From assembly GCA_965285935.1 (NCBI GenBank), contig OZ260666.1:7192001-7256000 (forward strand): DNA of 64,000 nt, given 5' to 3'. Made by a program: the position numbers and the translations under genes. This DNA is from Ophelia neglecta. Its lineage: Eukaryota. The notes under the pieces were generated by a model, which had not been told where the DNA came from, ran no database searches, and saw only the letters and a list, made by a program, of their open reading frames with translations. Positions 50,181-63,021 of this stretch are shown in pieces (positions within the stretch are counted from its first letter, which is position 1; every line of letters starts with the position of its first letter).

Positions 50181-53100
50181 TGTGCCAGGTCCGTTACACT
50201 ATTCTCTCTCTAACTCTGGTTACCCGGACAGCTGGGTCTGGGAGATGACATAACCCACAATATTCATGAAAAACACTCCTTGCACGCTGTTATTGATTAA
50301 CTAAATTGATTAAAACATTTTGCGTGCAACAATCCACAAAACTGTGCTGCCAGTCTCTACACCGACAGCTACAGTGTACCTCTGGCTTTATATCAATAGA
50401 TAGAGTACTGAGGCACAGTCATAAGGCCTCAAGACAGCTAGAACTGGCTTCAGTTAGTTCTGCCCGGCCACAGCTCCTCAAACCAATATGTAATCCAGGC
50501 CAGGACGCTAGTGTACCATACATTAACTTTATTTCCGGTGTAAACATGTGTTTGATGTGACATATGGAACCAAGTCATCAGGGCTCATAGCTGGAGTAAG
50601 GTAGACATGGAGGTCTTTACCCCTTTAATACCAGGGGGAGACGGGATAGGGGAAGGAAGGCGGGGGGGGGGGGGGGGGGGGGCTGCAAACGGGATATAAT
50701 TTCGGCGAGAATATCTTTGGTAAAAAGTACCTTCATAGGCTTCGCTAAACAAGGGTGATACTTTTCATGTCCTAGACAAAGGTATGTTTTTAATATGTAG
50801 AACAGTATCATTGTCTTCAGCCGCGAACCTTCGGGCCTACTTAGCACTTACCAAGGGAATGTCAGCGCCCTCCGCCCCCTTCCCCGGGGCGCCTTAACAG
50901 CAACGCCCCTTAAATTGGGATGGGTACCCACCAGAAAGAGAGCTCCAAGACCCCCACTAGGAGGGTGTGTGCGATGGGTGACACGACCAGGAATAGGAAC
51001 TAGGACCCGGGTACACATCCGGTCGTAAAAGGGTGGGGACTAGGATGGGCAGACCCTGTCTGAGAGTGTGCAGAGTCCCAAAACCGCCTTAGGGGGGGGT
51101 GTTGGATCGGTGTACCCAACCAGGGGGGCGGCATTTACTGTTCACAAGTGGCTCCAGGTTATGTCCGGGGGGGGGGGGGATGGTGGGGTGGAGAAGCCCC
51201 CAGAGGCAGGGCTTAGCCCCCAGACCCCCCAGCTGACACCCATGTTTATACCCTAGCTCCCGGGAAGATCCTATCCTCAGTAAATGTTGTTGTTCAGATA
51301 ATTGTTTTAATTGGACCAGATCCACTGATCTAAGTGGGAAAATAACCAATATCATCGGTGGATAATTAATATAACCAGGTCGCAGGTGTCTCCCACTGAC
51401 TGGATGATGCATGCGCAAATTAAGTTAGCAATCGTCAGCAGATGAGATATTAACGATAATCAATGAGGCCAGCGTCAGCGAGGAGCTCACGCAGGATGAG
51501 TTCAGCTTCCACAAAGCCATTTACCGAGTCTCGCTGATTAAACACAGAACACCAACTGGTGATGATTAAACAGAGTTCAATGAGTTGTATTGTTTAGTCG
51601 CCCACACAGCAGAGCAGTGTGGCCCAGAGGACATGGTAACAGATGTGCTTGTAGGATGTAGGATGTATTGAACCTAGCACTGTTAACATGTAAAACGGCC
51701 AATACCAGCCACTCAGCCCGGCATTTGGCTGTAAACATTCCACAAAGTTCAAACATGAGTTATAAGCCGTGTCTACAAACACGGCTAGGTTGTTGTTCGT
51801 GGGTAAATAAACTGTTATTCAAGGATTAAACTACAATAGCGGCAGATTTGGGGGCCTGCAAATGGCCACTTTGGATGACGGACTCGTCACATACTGCTCA
51901 ACGGTAGACAAACACCATATTTCCTAGTCCCAGTTCAGATTCTCAAACTGGCCTATATATGAGGGCGGATTTATGAAAAGGCTGTTCAGAAACAATGGAT
52001 ACAGGGGTGCCTAAACACGAGGCATGATTTATGACAAAGCAATCCAGTACTGATGGCTAGAAAGATGCCTGTATATGGGGGAGGATTGTAAAGCCATCAG
52101 TGTTGATGGTTATAGGAAGGCATGTATAGGAGGGTGGATTCAGGACAAGGCCCCTCGGTATTGATGGCCTGAGGGAGGGCTAATTATGATGGAGGTTTCA
52201 TGATAAACCCTTCAGTATTGATAAACATAGGCCTTTCATGTTGTATAATCCGTCATCAGTGAATAATAATAGTGTTAGGTCCACCATTGATTACTAAGCT
52301 ATAATTATTATAATCAAACATGAGGGATGATAATATAAAGAGGCTTTTATTGATATTCTCACATCTGCTGTCAAACTGCCAATAACACCCCAGTCAGTTC
52401 AGATGTTTGATGTCTGGTCAGTCGTCATGCCAATTGTCTATGGGAACATCTCTGACATGGGCAGCTCTGTGTATTATAACCATTCTCGGTGGTACCGACC
52501 ACTTCACTTTTTCCCTATTTCCCTAAAGAGGGGGTCGTATATCAAAATCAGATTCTTAGCCCCTTGAAGTGGACCCTCCTCTCTGCGAAATGCCCTCTGG
52601 CCCTAAGCCGCCCTCCCCACCACCATGGAGCTACTAGCTCGGCCCTAATTCTAGACCCTACCCTAATTCTACACCTTCACAGTAAGTACGCTAGACATCC
52701 TCCTTGTGTAATATTTCAGATATTAAACCCTTATTTATATTCCAGTAGCCCCTGGTATTTCATTAATATATATCCCACGGGGCTATGGTCGTTTGGTTAT
52801 TTTTGTTTTAATTTTGTTTTTAGTATATTAAGGTGATTTCATCCAGCTGAGACAAACAGCCTGCTTACATTTTTCAATCCCAGGAGTAAAGAGCCAAGCC
52901 TGCCTGTGTTTCTTGTTTGATTGCTCTGTGTTATTTTCCTGAGATTATTGATTGTAATCAGCATGAAGCGCCTTAAACAGTATATACAACTCGGGAGCAT
53001 CGGGCAGCCTTCAACGGGAAGTAGACTACAGATCCGTATTGGCAGATAACTAGCAGTATAACAGGCCAGAACTTGGGAAGGCTTTGAACGCTCTAAATTC

Positions 53101-53224
53101 AGTGCTTAAGAAAAATCTATACCAAACTGCCAAAGACAAATCTATACCAAACCCTGGGGAATACCTTGGTAAAATTAACAAAATGTACAATGCCGAGTTA
53201 CCTAAGAACGCAGTCTGAATATTC

Positions 53225-53655
53225 CGGATCTAAGAAATACTGTAAAAAATGTATACTTGGAAATACAGTAATCTATGAAATAACCTTAACCGGGCAATAC
53301 TGTAAAACGAGAAACACTGTAAACTTGGAAATACAGTAAACGGCAAATACTCCTAACTGGAAAATACTGTAAACTCGAAACTATTGTAAATTGGGAAATA
53401 TTAAAAACCATGAAATACTATAAACCATGAAATAATGAAAGCAGGGAAATTCTGTAAACTGAGAAATACTCTGGGACATAAACCTGGAAATACTCCAAAC
53501 CAGAAAATATTTTTAATATTGTATACCACGAAATCCGATGAACCTGGATAAATGTAAAGGTGAAATAGTGTAAACTGGGAAATACTGTAAACCAGGAAAT
53601 ACGTTTAACGGGGTAATACTGTAAGCTGAGAAATACTATAAACCGGGAAGTGATA
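53225..53655. repeat. 18-bp minisatellite (gaaatactgtaaactgg)
   Basis: About 23 degenerate units. Confidence 0.85.
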
Positions 53656-54643
53656 CCGAGCAGAATGTCTAACAATAATCAATCGCCAACTCCGCTTTTA
53701 TCACAAATTCTGCCCGTGGGAATTGGCCCTTGGGAGTGGGCTCTTTCATTGAAGCTCCACAGCGTTTGGATGACACATGTACACCTATTACACGCCTATT
53801 ACACACAGTGTTAAGGGGACCTATGTACGTCCATTACACACGGTGGGTACCCATGTATACCTTGTGTATCTCTATAGCGCCATATAGTATGACTCAAAAC
53901 ACAAACCAAACCTGGACAAGGATTACCATGGCAACAATCGATTTTAGGAAAGAATACTGTAACGTGGAGTTTATAATAGCCATATAATCATAAAGACGGA
54001 AGGCTCAAAGGAAGTGAATATATTGATTATGGAGCGTCTAAAGTTTATTATCATCCATGTCATTTATGTATTACACCATCACCAGATAGGCTTGTTGCTC
54101 CCAGTAGGCCTAGTATCAAAATCTACGTAACTCACAGCCCTACCACAACACATAGTTTGGCACTACTATTAGAGTTGAAATCATCAAGTAGTTTTAACCT
54201 GATTATTGGAAGTGGTTCTACCCACCACATAGGTTACAACTGTCTATACTACCTGGATTCAGACCAAAGTTACTACTAACGAATGGAAACTGACCTGTTG
54301 AGATGAAATATCTATCGAAGCTGATACTACTATTCATGGGCACAATTGTGTGTGTAGGGGGGGGGGGGAGGGGGGAGGCTACGGGTCTGATGACGGATTA
54401 ATTTAATCAGATACTCCGGGCTAATGCAATTAATCAGTGTCTCTCGAAGGTGGAGAAGCACTGTCCCAAAGGGGCGTCTTGAAGCTAAGAAAGGATGAGG
54501 TATTAGTGTCCAATAAAAAAGAAGGGTTTGGAGACTTAAATAGAGCTTGGCTTTAGTCCGCCCCGCCAGAGGGGGGATGTGGGGCTAGGTCAGGGTAAAT
54601 GATGCCCTTTACCTCCCTCAAGGGGGGGATATCTGTGGCACCT

Positions 54644-55080
54644 GCCATAGCATACTGGTATGAGTAACATCACAACGGAACTTCACAAATCATTCAGGTC
54701 ATCTCACTTATTGCCCTGGTCTATATATCTTGTCCTTACATACAGCCAACGGTATCACCTTGCCTTGGTCTTCGGGTTTTTTTAAGGGTGACCCGTTGGC
54801 ATAGAAGGGGGGGGAGGGGGGGGGGTTGGGGGTAAGTGTTCCCTACCAGATATTACAGTGTATTGTTTAAACGTAGGCACCGTATCACCTAGATAATAAT
54901 ACCCAGCCTCATGTAATCTTTTGATCTAATCTAATCATTGATACTGCATGCTGCCCCGTGTTTTGGACCACGCCATACCATACTGGTATGAGATAGGAAC
55001 ATCACAACGGAACTTCACACAGCCTTCAGGTCATTTCACTTATTGCCCTTGTCTATATATGTATCACCTTATCCCTTGGC
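54644..55080. repeat. ~110-bp local direct duplication (54644-54770 / 54972-55080)
   Basis: catactggtatgag...aacatcacaacggaacttcaca...ttcaggtcat...cacttattgccct shared. Confidence 0.8.
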
Positions 55081-56140
55081 ACTCATGAACATAAGGCTCC
55101 CAGTTTTCCTTAGCTGGAAAATTGCCTGTTGCCAGAACAGTTTTACATATAATCAATTGGAATATCCCGATATCCCCTAACTTTATAAGGGCCAAGGCTC
55201 CCAGCTTACATTACCTGGAACAGGGGAATCCAACGCGAAGACACCTACATCCCTTGGCTCTCCAAAGGAGAAGCCATTAACTTCACTTAGCTGGAACATT
55301 GCCTGCTCCCTACATGCAGGTCATTGTGTGCGTTATAATGTATAAAGCTTAGACGCCATGCCGATAACCCTTTGTCTTATAAGTATAATGCATTTCCCCA
55401 GACATCTTTTATCTGTTTGTCATCGCCTCCTGTAACAGGACATCACAACAGAGATTGCGGCTAACAACGCATTTAAATTCTCGAGTTTGTGGTGCCGGTA
55501 ATGGTAATTCTCGGCTCACAGGAAATTACAGCTACAAATATCACAGTTTGTCATACATGTTATTTGAATACAAGGGTTGACAACAGCCGGGCCCCGCTGG
55601 GTGCCGGGACTAGACAAGCCATATTTCAATGGGCCCATTTCATGAAGTTATTAAACCAGGCTCATCCATTGTAAATGGATTTGTCCAAGGTCCACCTTTT
55701 GTAATATTTATCTTTTGTGTGTTAAATGTTTACAGTTTAGGTATTGTACCACTTTTTCGGGTATTCTGTGTTTGCGGTTTTGGAGAAGATGTCGTCGGCC
55801 CTCGTGAAAGTCGCGAATATTAAAATCCAGCGAATATTTCGCGCCTCACGGTATGTGTTTGAATAACTATTCCTTTACATATATAATTGCTACCTTCTCG
55901 TCTTTCTATCCAATATGAATCTTTACTTTTTAAAGCTGCCATAAACATGTTACCCAGTCCCAGTGGCTACCATACAGACAGATCTGTTTACCTATAGAAC
56001 AATTAAACAACAATAAACAACAGGTAAATAAACAAGAAGGTAAATATTTACGTCATCAGCCGGTAGTTTCTTCATATTTTCAGGTTATGGACAAATGTTC
56101 ACAGATGCTTGGATATTCCTACGAGTCCTGTTAACTCCGT

Positions 56141-56412
56141 TTTATCCTTGTAACCTGCGCGTTCTATATCGTATAGCACTGTGGGCCTATGTTTTATAAG
56201 TCTATTTTATCCTTGTAACCTGCGCGTTCTATATTGTATAGCACTGTGGGTCTAGGTTTTAAAAGTCTATTTTATCCTTGTAACCTGCGCGTTCTATATT
56301 GTTTAGCACGGCGGGTCTAGGTATTAAAAGTATATTTAATCCTTGTAACCTGCGCGTTCTATACCGTATAGCACTGTGGGTCTAGGTTTTAAAAGTCTTT
56401 TATCCTTGTAAC
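56141..56412. repeat. 65-bp tandem repeat x4.2, young
   Basis: tttatccttgtaacctgcgcgttctata... starts at 56141, 56206, 56271, 56336 and 56399. Confidence 0.92.
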
Positions 56413-56539
56413 ATCGGTTTTTATCAACTCTTAATTTGTCGTTTCTTTCAGGTTTTGGCTCAACCCAAGACCTGCAGACGATTGTATTGTTTCGAAATTC
56501 GTACTGCTATTCACAGTTTCTCCACTCACTTACTTGGGT

Positions 56540-56765
56540 ATCATGGCTGTAATCATGACCGTAATCAAACCTGACTTGTATTCCTGATTGTGACAGTGGT
56601 TGTATCTGGTCCTAATTTTAATAGTAATCCTGGATCTACCTGTTTGTAATCGTGGTTTTTCCAATCCTAGTTGTACTTTAGCCTGGTTGTAATCGTGGTT
56701 GTAATCAATCAGGTGTAATCTTGGTTGTAATCAAAGCTAGCGGTAATCCTGATGGTAATCCGTGT
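56540..56765. repeat. 12-bp degenerate repeat (tgtaatcgtggt)
   Basis: Repeated gtaatc core. Confidence 0.7.
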
Positions 56766-58405
56766 AGTCCAGTTTAACCGTGAACAGTATTATCTTTGTG
56801 GCTGTACAAGTTACGGATGATAGATAAAGTGAATCCTATCCAGTTATAAAAAAACCTCTCCGTGCTTTGGAGCAGACAAATTGATTATTATGGTCTGCAT
56901 GTGCCTGCCAATCAGAAATCAATGCAACCATCCTCCATTAAGCACATTCAGGTAGAAACCATCATGATATGCTTATTGCTGACAGCTGACTTTTTAGACA
57001 ATCAATTTATCTTCGAGTGAACAATCTGAGCGTTCTTCTGAATAAGTGCGATAAGAGATTCATGTGCAGGACATTAGTATTGACTTGAAAATAGAGGAAA
57101 CCTTATCCAAGCCATCAGCAGAGCTCGAATCAATTACAACGAGCAGGCATTCGGATGGTTCTCGGTTCTGACTGTCAATATGTGCGGTGCATGCCTAATG
57201 CACAGGTGTGCTATTGATATTGGAACATATCTAGGGCGTCTGGACTCTATAAGTGTGAAGAACGGCACGGGTACCGCCAGTCAGGAGACAGCATGGAGAC
57301 TGCCACGCGGCAGACAGCAGGGAGACTGTCAATCAGCAGACTACAGTTAGATCTACGGTGTCAAGTACAGCATTGAGACTGACAACCCGAGCATAATATT
57401 CCAGCCAGATCTCTCAATGATTCTGAACTGTCTGGGTATCAGTGATTCCCAGGCAGGTGATGTGTTCCTTCCTTGAAGACACTTATTACCCAAGAATCAT
57501 TCAGCTGACAAATGATCATTCCTAAACTACATTTGGTGGTCAATATATCCAGAACATGTAATCCAGCAGTGAAGGCCAACACGGTATCTTCTACTCCAGC
57601 TTTATACACAGTACATCCGGGTATCTCCCTCTGAGGATATAGTCAGTGGGATGTCACACACAAGGAGCCATTCACACGGGCAAATCCTCTCCGTAAACAT
57701 CCTCCACACAATACATAGTGTTCCCTCTGACGGTCTGTATTGGGTAACACTTCGTGTAAGTCGTGACCTTGGGAAAAAGCTTTTTATATTATAACAATAT
57801 CATCATATTATTAATAACTCAATATAGCGTGATGTATCCGAGTTCAAAGGGGATATATATTCATTTTAACATAAACCTAAGTGTGTCCACTTAAAATGTG
57901 TTTAACATGTCAACATAGGACTGAGGAATGTCGAGTTAAAATGTGCTTCATATTACCATGGGACAATGTTTGTTCAGTTGAAAAGTGTATTTTATTAACA
58001 TGGGAATAGCTAGGTCTATTTCAAATATGATTAACATTAAAATAGTATGTCAATTTCAAAGCTGCATTACATTGACATGGGACTAAAACATTACTTAAAC
58101 TAATACAATGATTGTTTAATTGATAAAAGTGGTAAAAGCCACAAACCTAGGATTTTATTATGGGAAAGTGTTTTCAATGTTAAAATGTAAGTGACTAATG
58201 TGAACTATGTAGCTAATGTGAACCACCCTATTTAAAGCTATCCAGATGTTTCTGGGTACGATATCCAGAGAAACAGAATTCAGGATTGTTTAATCTCCTC
58301 ATGAACAGTTCTCTATAAACACGCATAGTTACAATTAAACTCGTAGATACCTTGGTATAAATCCTCTGCATCACAAAAACTAGCAGATTAAACCTCCTTC
58401 TGACC

Positions 58406-58467
58406 CGTTCAGACACGTCTTTCGACGCGTTCAGACACGTCCTTCGACGCGTTCAGACACGTCCTTC
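58406..58467. repeat. 22-bp tandem repeat x3 (cgttcagacacgtccttcgacg)
   Basis: Near-perfect copies. Confidence 0.85.
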
Positions 58468-61039
58468 CCGCGATCCCATCTGTTAATCAATCAATGATGT
58501 GGCTATTGTACTGTTCTCTCCGTCGCCGGGCATTGAGGTAATTCTCTATGCGTGTCCCTGCTAGTCCATGATTGTCCCGAGTTTCTTGGGGGATATCACG
58601 TTGAGATGATCGGTTTGTTGCAGTATTACCTGTAATAAAGGAGAGACCTGTTAAAACATCGCATGAGAATAGCAATTAAATCTATAAGGACCTGAGTTTG
58701 TCTTTTAGTTTGTGGTTTGTTTAAGACACAAAGGCATCCCTTCCCACATAGGTTCTTGTGCGAAAGCAGATTTGGGGTCTAAGGTTATGAAATCCCCCAC
58801 ACATTTCCTTCCGACATCAAGTTGTGGAAATGCGGTTCTTGCTCACTTCCCTAAAGTGGAGAAATCATCCTCTTTCTGTTTGATTCTAGAACAATTAATT
58901 TAAGCAATATTAACAATAAAATGTTTCAAAAAGCGGTATTTGTTAACAAGTAGCCTCTCGCTAGAGGGGTACAGACAGTCAATCTACAATCAGATATAAG
59001 ATCAGTAACAGTCCTAGGTACATACATACCAGTCCAAGTACACAGAATCTCATAGTAAACACCTGACGACCAGTCCAAGTACACAGTAAGTATCTCAAGG
59101 TAAATACCTGAGTGGGAGGCTTACAAATCATCGAGGAGATAGCATAAACATAACACCTGAAATTCTCTTGTCTTCTAATCATCTCTTACAAAAAAATACC
59201 TCTTTTTACAAGCAGATGCCTGAACAGGCAGATTTTTGGCGGGGGGGGGGGGGGGGGGGGGCATGGGGACCTGAGAAGGCGTGTTATAGGGAGTGTCTTG
59301 GCGGTTGGTTATGGATTATCCCCAAGTAAATGAGTAATGTCTTCCAGACTTCCTCAGGGAGTGGAAACATATACCATAGCCAGAGAAGAGTTCAGTGGCC
59401 TAGCTCCTAGACCTTTAATCGGGGAGAAAATAATACCACACCCTCAGTGGGCTTGCTGAGCTCCAAGAGCCTCAAGCTGGGAAGGGAAACATATACCATA
59501 CCATGGGCCATGGATTCTGCGGGAACCAGGCTCCGTCTAGCCAGGGGAAACCCAAACCAACCGGTGAGCGAGGGCCTCTTGGGTTTCTGGACGCCCTCCA
59601 CAAAGTGAAAACCAGTATCAATACAGCTGATTCACATAGCTCTCCTCCCCCCCCCCCCCCCCCCCACCGTCCGACCCTCAATCTGTAACAAGGTTACGTT
59701 GAGGTTAACCACGCACAGGCACGCAAACATACCCCTCACCCCCACCCCACCAGCCTGTTAAACCCAGATCTAACATGCAATAACAAATAACAGGACAGGT
59801 AGGCGTCACGGTAGTCAAAAAACTGAAGTCTCACAAACTCTATCAGGCCCGAGTTTGAGGGTAACGCCTTCATCCAGTTCCTGGGAAACAACGGAAATGA
59901 ACAGTGTACCGTGGAAGGAGAGGAGGAGAAAATTCAGGCTTCACCAATATCGACAGGCAGGTGCACCAGGCTAACGCCCTTATAACCTCTAAGCAATGAC
60001 CTAGATTGTGGGGATATATGCTGACGGAAGCTCACATTAGATCCAGCTGATAGCAATGACACTGAATATCGACCAAATATTACAGCATATCAAAATAGGC
60101 TTGTAGTCTGAATCGGAAAAACTGCCAGCGTGGTACAAGTTTCATAAAAGCTCCATTTTACAACAAATATTACCGGCGCAGGCCTACAAGCGCAGGTTCT
60201 GATGAGTGAAAGTGCACGTGACAGGTTAAAATCGCTTTTTATAGCACGGCAAACTACTGGTTACTATATAATAACAAAGGCCTTACAGCACTCCTAGCGG
60301 AGTTCGTGGCGTTCTCTCACCTCCGTTAATTATCGTCGGAGCAAACCCAATGGGACACTCGTCAAAGTCTACCCATATCAATTATTCCTTTTTGTCCACA
60401 TTACGAGGCCCTGACCAAGTTACGGTGACGTGTCTCCAGGAATCTGCCCATCTACTTGGCACCTGATGCCTCGTTATTGAAAAAAAAAACCTGGTTGCAA
60501 AAAGGCTCGATGTTTATTTGGTTGATAATGGAAATAGCTTTATTTATTCATGAAGTCTGTGGGAGTCATGACAGAAATGCAGCAGGTTTTTGCGTGGTTG
60601 TGTGCGTGTGTGTGTGTTGGGGGGGTGGGGGGTGGCTAGGAGTGGTGGAAGCAGACAGTGGCTGCTACCAACATGTTGCCGTCAGTGCACACAAACACAA
60701 GTAGCAAGACAGCTGTACCAAACCGTATGACAGCTTCATATGGCCTAACTCATAGCAGTGGGGCTTTTTTGTATATTTTAAATTTAAGGACTTTCCCGAA
60801 GGATCCAAGCCGTAATGAGGATGATTACAAAGGCCCATGGCAAAGGCATTCTCAGTTGACAGTCTAGAAATATATCATACTCTGAGCATGTTTGGTGGCC
60901 GTAAAAGCTGAGTCCGGAGTGAATAATTAATCAAAGGGTGGAGAATTATGTGGAGGTTGAGTCATGTGTACAGAAACACGGCTTCTTGGCTCGTCACCAA
61001 CACCTGGCCGCCAGGGAGTCCGGGGTGATAGGTAGGACC

Positions 61040-61605
61040 AACAGATTGTACTTGTATCAGCAAATAGGTGTATGGGATTGGTGATGTGTAATAACCGTGT
61101 AAGACACTAGATGGTACTGGTATCAGCCATCTTGTGTATGGGGTGATATCTTATACCTATATCAGTCACCAGATGGTACCTGTATCAACCACTAGATGTA
61201 TAAGACACCGGGTGGTACTGGTATCAGCCACCAGAGGTATGGGGCGATATCTTATACCTATATTAGTCACCAGATGGTATCTGTATCAGCCACTCAGTGT
61301 ATGAGGTGATATGTAATAACTGTATAAGTCACCAAATGGTACTGGTATCAGCCACCAGTGGAATGGGGTGATATCAAGTACCTATATCGGGTACCAGTAT
61401 CAGCCGCTATGTGTATGGGGTTGGTGATATGTAATTACTGTGTAAGACCCCAGATGGTACTGGTATCAGCCACCAGATGTATGGGGTGAGAGTTAATATA
61501 CTATTATAAATCACCAATTGATACATGTATCAGCCACCAGGGTTACGGCGTGACTGGAATGACCTTTTAAACGAACAGATGCCTGTATCAGCTTCCAGAG
61601 GTATG
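61040..61605. repeat. ~57-60-bp minisatellite (cagatggtactggtatcagccaccagatgtatggggtgatat...)
   Basis: About 10 units homologous along their whole length. Confidence 0.88.
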
Positions 61606-61855
61606 AAATGATTATGTCTTCCATAACAGAAAAATCATATGCAGGTAAAATATAGTTACAGGAGGTTCATTACGTTTAAGCACTGGTGGGTGTACATGTA
61701 AAAGGGAGACCCTCCATTGCGGGTTTCCCCTTCCTCTCGGTGGTCAGTCTCCTTCCACTAACTGCACCCCCCATCCTGCAAAGTGACTACCACCACTCAA
61801 CCATCATTTCAAAGCTTGCTCCTCTAAGCCCCCCCCCCCCCCCCCCTGACATAAT

Positions 61856-61986
61856 TCCTGTCGTAGAGCGCTGTTCATTTCTGTCGTAGAGCGCTGTTCA
61901 TGTCTGTCCTAGAACTCTGTTCATGTCTGTCCCAGAGTTCTGTACATGTCAGTCCCAGAGCTCTGTTAATATCTGTCCCAGAGCTA
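61856..61986. repeat. 22-bp tandem repeat (ctgtcccagagctctgttcatgt-type)
   Basis: About 6 units with graded divergence. Confidence 0.8.
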
Positions 61987-62419
61987 TCAATTTCGTCCTA
62001 AGGCTCCAGATTGAACTCTACAGCATCAAGGACCATACAGTAACACACGTAATAACACTTAACTGTGATGTACGTACGCATTACTGCTCAGGTCAATCAT
62101 ACTGCAGGGGATATTTTGATAACAATTGCGGCTACAGAGACAATATTTGGAGACCCAGAGAGAATACTGACGAGGGTCGCAGTTATTAAAAACTTAGTAT
62201 GGTAGTTATCAAATATGGCTTCGAGGCAATATACAAACCAGTTAATACCGGAGTGTGTATCGAGGGTTCCTGGTGAATGTGCCCTTCCCTAGAGGGCCTG
62301 GGGTCGGTTACCCCACCCCTTATGGGAGAAGGCACTCATCCCACTACAAAAAAGATGTGGCTATTGAGTGTGTCAGTCGTGCCCTCTACCTCGAGGGGGA
62401 GATGGGGGTGGTGTGGGGT

Positions 62420-62690
62420 TGAAATCCCCTTGACCCCCTTTGACAGAAAGAACCTCCAATCGACAGCTGTGTAGTTAGGTGTGTGAGGGGTGTTCTTTCC
62501 TCCGGGGTGGAGATGGGGGATAAAGTCCCCTTGAGCTTTTTGAGAGAAAGCATCTCCAAAGGACAGTTGTGTAGTAAGGTGTGTGAGGGGTGCTCATTTC
62601 CTCCGGGTTTGAGGTGTGGGTGGGAGGCTAAAGCCCCCTTGACAGCTGTGTATTAAGGCGTGTGAGGGTTGCTCTCTTTCCTAAGGGTTT
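62420..62690. repeat. ~80-100-bp tandem repeat x3 (gacagctgtgtagtaaggtgtgtgaggggtg...)
   Basis: Cores near 62462, 62562 and 62641. Confidence 0.75.
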
Positions 62691-62811
62691 CTGGCCACTT
62701 TTTATCATTGGTCGCATCTGGGGCAAACCTTAAAGTTCACAAACAATGTGGACTTTTGCGGCAGAATTACCTCTAGGATAATATAATATTGAGCCAATAG
62801 GTGTAACATAC

Positions 62812-63021
62812 TGGGTGAACAGAGGCTGTATTGACTTGATAACGAAAAATGGCGGCGTCTCCAATCATTCTGCTTGCTACTATCTCCTTTTCGCGATCAT
62901 GACATTCAAAAGCGTAATTTTCACGATTTCTTAGATCCAATCTGAAATTCCGATGATTGTCTCCCTCGCTAGATCCCCACTTACAGCCAGATCCAAGAGA
63001 CTGCTGGCATTTGATATTCAT
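62812..63021 (-). CDS. Candidate long alternative first exon 1d: MNIKCQQSLGSGCKWGSSEGDNHRNFRLDLRNRENYAFECHDREKEIVASRMIGDAAIFRYQVNTASVHP
   Basis: Part of the 107-codon ORF 62773-63096; CCA|gtatgt donor in phase 0; possible 85-nt 5'UTR intron 63045-63129 (AAG|gtaaga...ttttgtag). Confidence 0.45.

Noticed and set aside
50850-51090. GC-rich SINE-like or ribozyme-like segment
   Set aside because: Could not identify A/B boxes, a TSD or a valid ribozyme fold by eye.
55740-55853. Possible right end of a Tc1/mariner-type MITE (...gcgaatatttcgcgcctcacggta)
   Set aside because: No matching left terminus found in the window.
56141-56412. CRISPR-like 65-bp periodicity
   Set aside because: The whole unit is repeated, with no unique spacers.
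58350-58630. Possible additional 5' exon (ttattacag acceptor; MQRIYTK|gtatct), with a TATAAAAA near 60236-60243
   Set aside because: Weak donor, several upstream ATGs and an embedded tandem repeat; not distinguishable from chance without transcripts.
60190-60225. Second CTGATGAG hammerhead-like motif
   Set aside because: No GAAA follows the potential stem II.
61040-61605. CRISPR-like look (constant ggtatcagccac core with variable intervals)
   Set aside because: The intervals are homologous to each other, there are no cas genes and the context is eukaryotic; it is a minisatellite.
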